From IMG/VR virus record IMGVR_UViG_3300038492_000033, positions 1 to 5,575 of that record: DNA of 5,575 nt; one strand, written 5' to 3'. Source of the stretch: a virus. Of the stretch, positions 1-4,886 are shown piece after piece. Positions within the stretch are counted from its first letter, which is position 1, and every line of letters begins with the position of its first letter. The notes beneath the pieces are model-generated. The model was not told the DNA's origin. It did not search any database and saw only the letters and a list, made by a program, of their open reading frames with translations. Made by a program: the position numbers and the translations under genes.

Positions 1-99
1 CTTAGTGATTTTTTGTACTTTTTTCGCCATCTTTCTAAGAATCTTCTGACTGCTAGTGCTGCTATTGCGTTGTCTAGTGCGTATCCTTTTATGTCTTTC
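1..99. repeat. Terminal direct repeat, copy 1 (wrap-around of the circular genome, identical to 5477-5575)
   Basis: Base-by-base comparison: cttagtgattttttgtacttttttcgccatctttctaagaatcttctgactgctagtgctgctattgcgttgtctagtgcgtatccttttatgtctttc occurs at both window ends. It lies inside the Rep coding frame. Confidence 0.97.
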
Positions 100-365
100 T
101 TTTTTTTGATTACTTCTTCGGCTAGTTCTGTGTAACTTTTGTCGCTAAATGTTAGTGTTACGAATTTTTTCTCGTCGTATTGTTTTATATCTTCTGTTAA
201 TCTTACTTTCCATTCGTTTGCTTTTTTACGTAGGCATTCTTCACACCAACCGCATCCAATGGGAACATACCCTACGCGTTTATCACGCATTACGGGTACG
301 TTACCCTTGTTTTTCTTTGTTACCCTATATTTAGGATTGTTTATTAGTTTTGGATATAGGCACAT
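1..365 (-). CDS. VP4: Replication initiation protein (Microviridae VP4 / phiX174 gpA-like HUH rolling-circle endonuclease), N-terminal part; continues across the circular junction into 5476->4846
   Basis: Absent from the ORF track because it runs off the window edge. Hand translation from the ATG (complement of 363-365) gives MCLYPKLINNPKYRVTKKNKGNVPVMRDKRVGYVPIGCGWCEECLRKKANEWKVRLTEDIKQYDEKKFVTLTFSDKSYTELAEEVIKKKDIKGYALDNAIAALAVRRFLERWRKKYKKSL... Family hallmarks are the MCL-P N-terminus, the CGWCEEC cysteine cluster (234-254) and RCR motif 1 FVTLTF (147-164). An in-frame stop lies upstream at 564-566, and there is no ATG/GTG/TTG between it and 365. Confidence 0.92.
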   Translation of the reverse strand, partial: MCLYPKLINNPKYRVTKKNKGNVPVMRDKRVGYVPIGCGWCEECLRKKANEWKVRLTEDIKQYDEKKFVTLTFSDKSYTELAEEVIKKKKDIKGYALDNAIAALAVRRFLERWRKKYKKSL

Positions 366-1441
366 TATTCTCTTATTATTCTTGTTGGCATTAATCTGGT
401 TGCGCTTCCTAATATGCTTTGCAGTGCTCCTACTGTTACTTTCATTGAATCCGGTGTATCTCTTATGAACTTTTCTAGCTGGTATAGTTTTCGTCTTATA
501 TCGTGGTCGTAGTCTGTCTTTCTGACGTTTTCGAAGTATTGCCTTACGTTTGTGTGTGCGTTCCTAGCGTTTGTTTCAGCGTTTTTAGTATTTGTTATTG
601 CGTTTAGTTCTTGCACTACTGTGTTTCTTTCGTCTAGTGTTAGCTTTTTCCATGCCTGTTGTACATCTGCTATTGTCTTTTTAGTTTGTTCATCTGTTAG
701 ATCGGTTTGTGACTTTCTTAGTTCATTTTGCAATCCTATTCCAATTAGTTCTTGTTGTATGATACCTATCTTTTCCTTTATTGTTTCATCTGATATTTGT
801 CGGTCGTTAACCATTATATCTAATCCTACTTTAGCTTGTCTTGCTGCCCAATGTATACTTCTTATTACGTCGTCATATGATTCTGTTTTTATCATTTCGT
901 CTAATTCTGCTATTTCTGCTTGCACTCTTGTTAGTCGTTCTGTTGCTTTCTGGTTGTCAATGCCTTGCGTTATTGATTCTATTCTTGTTCTAGCTTCGTC
1001 GGTGTCGACTCCTGAGATTTTCTTTGCTTCTGCATTTGTTTTAGCTGTTTGTGCTTCAATTAGTGCTCTTTGTGCTCCCATCATTTGTAATCCCATTATT
1101 TCATTACCTCCTGCTGGTGCACTGGGTTGTGTTACTCCTGATCCTGTTGATCCTGTAGTCGATGCTCCTGGTCCTGAACCTCCGTACATTAGTGAAGGAG
1201 ATAGACCTGCTTCTTTCATTTTTTCGATTTGGTATGGGTAGCTTGTGTAGTCGTATAGTTCTTTTTGTAACTGTTGTTGATGGTTTAGTTGTTGTATGTT
1301 GATTCCTAGTTGTTGTTGCCCTAGTTTTTTCTGTTGCCGGAGTTGTCTTCTGTCGTTGTGCTTTTGTAGTAGTAGCCCCATTCCTGTGTTTACGGCTGTT
1401 CTACCTGCTTCTTGTGCTAGTTGACCTAATACGGTTGGCAT
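365..1441 (-). CDS. VP2: Minor capsid / DNA pilot protein (Microviridae VP2, functional analogue of phiX174 H)
   Basis: 358-aa ORF with ATG at 1439-1441. It has a Q-rich N-terminus, then the KEAGLSPSLMYG motif (1181-1216), which I recall as the AGLNP-LMYG signature of gokusho/alpavirus VP2. A Gly/Ser/Thr-rich linker (GGSGPGASTTGSTGSGVTQPSAPAGG) follows, then a long charged, helix-prone C-terminal half. The TAA stop (365-367) overlaps the Rep ATG. Confidence 0.85.
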   Translation of the reverse strand: MPTVLGQLAQEAGRTAVNTGMGLLLQKHNDRRQLRQQKKLGQQQLGINIQQLNHQQQLQKELYDYTSYPYQIEKMKEAGLSPSLMYGGSGPGASTTGSTGSGVTQPSAPAGGNEIMGLQMMGAQRALIEAQTAKTNAEAKKISGVDTDEARTRIESITQGIDNQKATERLTRVQAEIAELDEMIKTESYDDVIRSIHWAARQAKVGLDIMVNDRQISDETIKEKIGIIQQELIGIGLQNELRKSQTDLTDEQTKKTIADVQQAWKKLTLDERNTVVQELNAITNTKNAETNARNAHTNVRQYFENVRKTDYDHDIRRKLYQLEKFIRDTPDSMKVTVGALQSILGSATRLMPTRIIRE

Positions 1442-1639
1442 GATTGTGGTTTTTGCTGAGCTTTTTTACTAAAAAGCGACTTTCTATAGTTCATAATAAA
1501 GTGTGTGTGCGTACCGTCGCTTTAGTAGGTTCAGCGGTTTTAGAAATGTGCTGGATATGAATATCCAGCACGATAACTGTAAATTAAATTATGAATACTA
1601 AAACTCTAGAATGAGCGTTTCCGATCTATACCACACACA
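1442..1639. other. Largest non-coding region of the genome (198 nt), rich in secondary-structure potential; candidate regulatory or origin region
   Basis: No ORF over 22 codons on the coding strand. Contains the hairpin at 1548-1571, an AT hairpin at 1460-1477 (GCTTTTT tact AAAAAGC), and two interleaved inverted repeats: 1473-1480 with 1516-1523, and 1500-1509 with 1632-1641. Confidence 0.8.
1548..1571. repeat. Perfect inverted repeat / hairpin GTGCTGGATAT-ga-ATATCCAGCAC (10-11 bp stem)
   Basis: Read directly: gtgctggatat (1548-1558) is the exact reverse complement of atatccagcac (1561-1571). On the coding strand it is followed by ATTTCTAAAA, which is only a weak U-tract, so a terminator role is possible but unproven. 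Confidence 0.9.
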
Positions 1640-1993
1640 CTATTCTTTCTTACCTCCTCCTTCGTCTGGCTTTTCTTTTCCGTCTAATTTGGTCTCTTTA
1701 CCTTGCACCCCATCTCCGCCAGCTATGTCTGTTTTGTGTTTGGCCTCTGATGCTTCGATGGCTAATTCGAACTTGTCTGTTCGTATGTCAGTTGCGAATA
1801 ATACACCGTCTTCTGGACTAGAGAATATTTTCGGTATTGTTGTGTCGACTTCTTCGTTATTTTTCATCATTTGTCTAACCTTTATGTGAAAGGGCACTCC
1901 TCGTCTGGAGTTATTGACTTTTATTGATGTTCTATCGAATATTTTGTTTCTATACATTTGTTTTATTTTATAAGGTTGGCATAATTTTTGCAC
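1640..1993 (-). CDS. Small conserved microvirus protein (VP3-like, putative internal scaffolding or assembly protein; function not established)
   Basis: 117-aa ORF immediately downstream of VP1. The track start at 1993 is a GTG that overlaps the VP1 3' end by 26 nt. The first ATG is at 1955-1957 (MYRNKIFD...), just after the VP1 stop, and is the more conservative start. The segment EDGVLFATDIRTDKFELAIEA (1751-1813) matches a DGV-x-P-x-YDIRTDRFE-A-EA pattern I recall from small proteins of Bacteroidota-associated microviruses. The C-terminal tail is charged and Gly-rich. Confidence 0.7.
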   Translation of the reverse strand: MQKLCQPYKIKQMYRNKIFDRTSIKVNNSRRGVPFHIKVRQMMKNNEEVDTTIPKIFSSPEDGVLFATDIRTDKFELAIEASEAKHKTDIAGGDGVQGKETKLDGKEKPDEGGGKKE

Positions 1994-3929
1994 TCTGTTT
2001 TCTCTTGGCTGTTATCTTGACTCCGACTTGTACCCAAAAATTCATTGCATCGAATGATGCTTGTGCAAATACTTGGTTATATTTAGACGGATCAATGTAG
2101 GTTGTTAAATCTTTTATTCCTCCGTTTGTTTCGTCGTACTCATAACGACGATTGAGAGTCATAAACATTTGATTATTCTCGATTGCGAAGTTTCCGTATG
2201 TTTTAGAAACGTCACTCATATAATCGATCCACGCTGGTTGTAGTCCTGCACTTTTTTGTAGCCATATTGACTCAGCGACGTTCCATTCTGTGTCCCACCA
2301 TGCTAGTTTTTCGGTGATGAGATCCTGAAAGCCAATCTGGTCTAGTCCAGGTTTATGTAGATCATCCATTGTTTGTAACTGTGTATACCATGCATTTCCT
2401 TGTGAGTAATCTATGCGTGGTGTCAGACTCAGTATCCCCATTATAAATGTGGGTTCTTCTGTTCTTACTTTTATTTTTCCTCCTTTTGGTTCTCCTGTTA
2501 GTCTTCCTCTGCCCCCTAATGTTCCCAAAGGCTGTTCTTCTGACAGTGCATTTGATACTACTTCTTGGAATGTTATTTCTTGGCTCATTCCTCCAATATA
2601 CATGGGTGTTTCAGCCCTTCTATTTACGTCTAATCCGTATACTGTTTCTAGCCAGTCGTTATAACTACCTCCTGATACAGCGACACGGTTTAGTATTCTG
2701 TATATTTTTTCACCGACTAGTAAGTCGTCGATCGTGAATTGATTTCCTACTGTACTAATAGCAGATAGGTTATTGATAGACTCGATAAATTCTGTTTTTA
2801 GCCAGTTGTTGTGTAGGTCGCTTAGATATGTTTTTAAAGCTAGACCTTCTTGTGAACATAAGATGTTAGGCATTCCTCCTTGTTCTTCGTATAGGAATCT
2901 GTATGGCTCTAATCCTGCTGAGTTTATGCTATATGGAGTTGTAGAGTTATGAGCGAGTATGTTTTCGCGCATTGTGTCTAGGTTATCCAAGTTAAATAGC
3001 TCAACGTTTGGCCCTACTGTTACTGGTTGTGAGTTTCCAGCAAATGACCAATTTATGATTGTTCTGTTTCCGAATGCTGCATAATTATAAGTCCCTTCTA
3101 TTGTGTCGGCTGTTTCTTCGTATACTCCACCTACTAGTAGGAAAAACGGTACTAGTCCAAGTCCTTGTATGTTTCCCATTAGTTGTGTTAAATCTGGTGA
3201 TGATAGGCCGCCGAAATCTAATGTTAGTATTGAACCCATTTCCAATGGTCGTGGAAACGTTGCTGGTGCTTCTGGTACTATGTATTGTAGTCCTGATGGG
3301 TTTTCTACTTCCCATGAGTTTATTTGTGTTCCTCCTTGTGGTCCTGGGCAGTGTACTACAGCTCCCAGTTCTTCCTGCTTATTTGCATAATATTGCTTAT
3401 AGATGTCCCAATACATAAGTATTGGTAATGCGTTAAATTCTCTTGTTTGGTCTGATCCTGATGTGTTAAGCCCAACTCCCCTTATACCAAGGTAGGATAG
3501 TATTGAGCTTGGATGTATTTGGCTGTTACTTATATCCGGTAGGTCTGCTGGTGATGTTACATTTTTTGCGGTTAGCTCTATAGTAGGGAATGATACATCA
3601 CTCATCGATAGCCCTACGTTTAGTTTGTTGTTGTGTAGGTAGCTATTGTATAATCGTATCGGACATGAGAACATATCTAGTTGTAATTTGAATGATCCAA
3701 ATAGAGGTCCTTGTGTCGGCAGTGTATGTACGTCTGATATTAGGTTGATGTTGAATTCTGAATCAGGTAGTAGTATTTGTGTTGTAAATGGTACTAGTGT
3801 TCCTGGTGATACGCCCGATCTAAAGGCGTGGCTTAGGTTGTGGTAACTGTGTTGGTAGTCATGCATTTCTACCTCCATCTTGCCTTCCACACCTACTCTT
3901 TCACCTCCTAGATTTCTTTTGATTTTCAT
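1968..3929 (-). CDS. VP1: Major capsid protein (Microviridae VP1 / phiX174 F-like jelly-roll capsid protein)
   Basis: 653-aa ORF with ATG at 3927-3929. Family motifs read in the translation: HNLSH...GTLVPF (from 3842 downward), TLPTQGPLFGSFKLQLDMFSCPIRLY, ALPILMYWDIYKQYYAN (3381-3431), FTIDDL...GGSYNDWLETVYGLDV..RAETPMYIGG, LGTLGGRG...FIMGILSLTPRIDYSQG, and QIGFQDL. These line up with the conserved blocks of microvirus VP1/F proteins. Confidence 0.96.
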   Translation of the reverse strand: MKIKRNLGGERVGVEGKMEVEMHDYQHSYHNLSHAFRSGVSPGTLVPFTTQILLPDSEFNINLISDVHTLPTQGPLFGSFKLQLDMFSCPIRLYNSYLHNNKLNVGLSMSDVSFPTIELTAKNVTSPADLPDISNSQIHPSSILSYLGIRGVGLNTSGSDQTREFNALPILMYWDIYKQYYANKQEELGAVVHCPGPQGGTQINSWEVENPSGLQYIVPEAPATFPRPLEMGSILTLDFGGLSSPDLTQLMGNIQGLGLVPFFLLVGGVYEETADTIEGTYNYAAFGNRTIINWSFAGNSQPVTVGPNVELFNLDNLDTMRENILAHNSTTPYSINSAGLEPYRFLYEEQGGMPNILCSQEGLALKTYLSDLHNNWLKTEFIESINNLSAISTVGNQFTIDDLLVGEKIYRILNRVAVSGGSYNDWLETVYGLDVNRRAETPMYIGGMSQEITFQEVVSNALSEEQPLGTLGGRGRLTGEPKGGKIKVRTEEPTFIMGILSLTPRIDYSQGNAWYTQLQTMDDLHKPGLDQIGFQDLITEKLAWWDTEWNVAESIWLQKSAGLQPAWIDYMSDVSKTYGNFAIENNQMFMTLNRRYEYDETNGGIKDLTTYIDPSKYNQVFAQASFDAMNFWVQVGVKITAKRKQSAKIMPTL

Positions 3930-3934
3930 ATTTT

Positions 3935-4222
3935 TTATTTTTTATTTATGTATGCGTCTACTATAGCAACTAGCCAGTTGCCTAGTGTTTCGAATGTTGG
4001 TTCTTCCATTATCTTATAGCAAGCTTCTTTGCTTTTAAGTACGTCTGTTATTGGGTATTCTCCCCAAAATACTCTCCACTGTTCGTTTAGTCCTATTATT
4101 GTGAAGTATGAATTTGGTATTTTTTCGGTTTCAAAGTTCTGGGAACTTGATTTTGAGTTGTTCGACTCTTCTAACAATGTATGTGTATTCGATAATGGTT
4201 GACTTTTTTGTGTGTCTAACAT
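3935..4222 (-). CDS. Hypothetical small acidic protein (95 aa)
   Basis: ATG at 4220-4222, and the stop lies only 5 nt upstream of the VP1 ATG. The C-terminal two thirds (YFTIIGLNEQWRVFWGEYPITDVLKSKEACYKIMEEPTFETLGNWLVAIVDAYINKK) look like a folded domain. The first ~30 aa are polar and low-complexity. I cannot assign a family. Confidence 0.6.
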   Translation of the reverse strand: MLDTQKSQPLSNTHTLLEESNNSKSSSQNFETEKIPNSYFTIIGLNEQWRVFWGEYPITDVLKSKEACYKIMEEPTFETLGNWLVAIVDAYINKK

Positions 4223-4340
4223 TTTCTTTTATTATTTTTTTGGTTATAAATGTGGGGAGGTCCCTTCTTTTCACAACCTCCCCCGTTTCCTCTATAACAT
4301 ACTTTATTTTCCGTATACACCTAGTTCCAGTTCTATGCAT
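4131..4340 (-). CDS. Doubtful hypothetical basic protein (69 aa), overlapping both neighbours
   Basis: ATG at 4338-4340. It overlaps the 101-aa ORF by 37 nt and the 95-aa ORF by 92 nt in other frames. The translation is protein-like (IRKIKYVIEETGEVVKRRDLPTFITKKIIKENVRH...), net charge about +10. However, a 76-codon chance ORF exists in an alternate frame of VP1, and the unique part of this ORF carries the hairpin at 4254-4283, so it may be non-coding. Confidence 0.3.
   Translation of the reverse strand: MHRTGTRCIRKIKYVIEETGEVVKRRDLPTFITKKIIKENVRHTKKSTIIEYTYIVRRVEQLKIKFPEL
4254..4283. repeat. GC-rich hairpin GGGGAGGT-(14 nt)-ACCTCCCC
   Basis: ggggaggt (4254-4261) is the exact reverse complement of acctcccc (4276-4283); the loop is cccttcttttcaca. 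It is the most GC-rich stem I see in an AT-rich genome. It sits in the 81-nt gap between the 101-aa ORF stop (4304) and the 95-aa ORF start (4222). Confidence 0.85.
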
Positions 4341-4609
4341 GCTTTGTGTGTTTTTTCTCCTACGTTTATTACGTATTCTTGCTCAAGTGCATTTTTTAGT
4401 ACGATATAGAGTTTTTCGTTTCCTCTTACATCTTTGTGTACAATTGGTACTGCTTTTACTGTTAATAGTTCTGCTGCCTTTTTTGCTTTTACTTTTTCTG
4501 TTTGCATGTTGTTTTGATTTATTGTTTTAATAATTTCTTTGTATATAACTGATGGTGCAATATACGTTCTTTTTTCTTTCCATGCAAGTTCCTGTGCTGT
4601 TTTTTTCAT
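4304..4609 (-). CDS. Hypothetical small basic protein (101 aa)
   Basis: ATG at 4607-4609, one nt after the stop of the upstream 91-aa ORF (TAA-A-ATG). The translation has a balanced, protein-like composition (…GNEKLYIVLKNALEQEYVINVGEKTHKACIELELGVYGK), Lys-rich, net charge about +7. No family recognised. Confidence 0.62.
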   Translation of the reverse strand: MKKTAQELAWKEKRTYIAPSVIYKEIIKTINQNNMQTEKVKAKKAAELLTVKAVPIVHKDVRGNEKLYIVLKNALEQEYVINVGEKTHKACIELELGVYGK

Positions 4610-4610
4610 T

Positions 4611-4886
4611 TTACGTGTATATAGTGTTGGAATTTTGCAACATTAAGCATCCGTTTGTGGGCTTGCCATTGGTGTCAAGTGTCGGAACGTAGTGGAGATT
4701 TATATACACTTTACAACAATTTTGCGTTGTTTTATCTTTGCTGTTTGATGCAATTTTCTGCTCGTTGCGATAGGGATAGTAGACGTTGTTTGAACAATCT
4801 TTGATTGAGAGTGTCGGATAGCCCGGACCGTAGGTATCGCCATTATTATTTTTCTTTTGATTTTTTATACCTTTCGAATCTTTCAT
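4611..4886 (-). CDS. Hypothetical Asn/Lys/Thr-rich protein with 4 Cys (91 aa); coding status uncertain
   Basis: ATG at 4884-4886, overlapping the Rep 3' end by 41 nt. It is the only open frame across 4611-4846 on the coding strand, which favours coding. Against that, the composition is atypical (MKDSKGIKNQKKNNNGDTYGPGYPTLSIKDCSNN...), and the DNA is less T-skewed and more repeat- and hairpin-rich than the flanking genes. Confidence 0.45.
   Translation of the reverse strand: MKDSKGIKNQKKNNNGDTYGPGYPTLSIKDCSNNVYYPYRNEQKIASNSKDKTTQNCCKVYINLHYVPTLDTNGKPTNGCLMLQNSNTIYT

Noticed and set aside
1-99. The 99-nt terminal repeats as biological direct terminal repeats, LTRs or transposon ends.
   Set aside because: The repeat lies in the middle of the Rep coding sequence, and collapsing it restores one intact gene. 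It is direct and exact, as an assembly wrap-around of a circular molecule would be, and no transposase or integrase is present.
100-107. T8 homopolymer (A8 on the coding strand, encoding KKK in Rep) right at the wrap-around boundary, as a programmed frameshift site or sequencing error.
   Set aside because: The Rep frame reads through it without disruption and conserved motifs lie on both sides, so there is no evidence for a frameshift. It is only worth remembering as an error-prone spot for long-read data.
1426-1494. 22-codon mini-ORF (MNYRKSLFSKKAQQKPQSCQPY) in the non-coding region, overlapping the VP2 start.
   Set aside because: It is too short to support from sequence alone, and it has no SD or other start signal. 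It could be a uORF, but it is equally expected by chance.
1500-1641. The (GT)4 and (CA)4 tracts as microsatellites or slippage hot-spots.
   Set aside because: Four or five dinucleotide units are too short to call a microsatellite. Their reverse-complementarity is the more relevant property and is reported under the non-coding-region finding.
3085-3315. Minus-strand 76-aa ORF in an alternate frame inside VP1 (MGSRKPIRTTIHSTRSTSNV...).
   Set aside because: It is fully embedded in the conserved capsid gene. The composition is Arg/Thr/Asn/Ser-rich and low-complexity, with no hydrophobic core or TM segment, so it is consistent with a chance open frame. I use it as a yardstick for how long chance ORFs get in this genome.
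4799-4812. CAATCTTTGATTGA, which loosely resembles the phiX174 origin core CAACTTGATATT.
   Set aside because: It is on the window plus strand, the complement of the coding and presumed viral strand, whereas Rep nicks the viral strand. The similarity is short and imperfect, so I make no origin call from it.
4866-4884. TTCGAATC, which resembles a tRNA T-loop, raising the possibility of a tRNA gene.
   Set aside because: There are no complementary T-stem arms, acceptor stem or anticodon arm around it, and it lies inside the Rep/ORF91 coding overlap.
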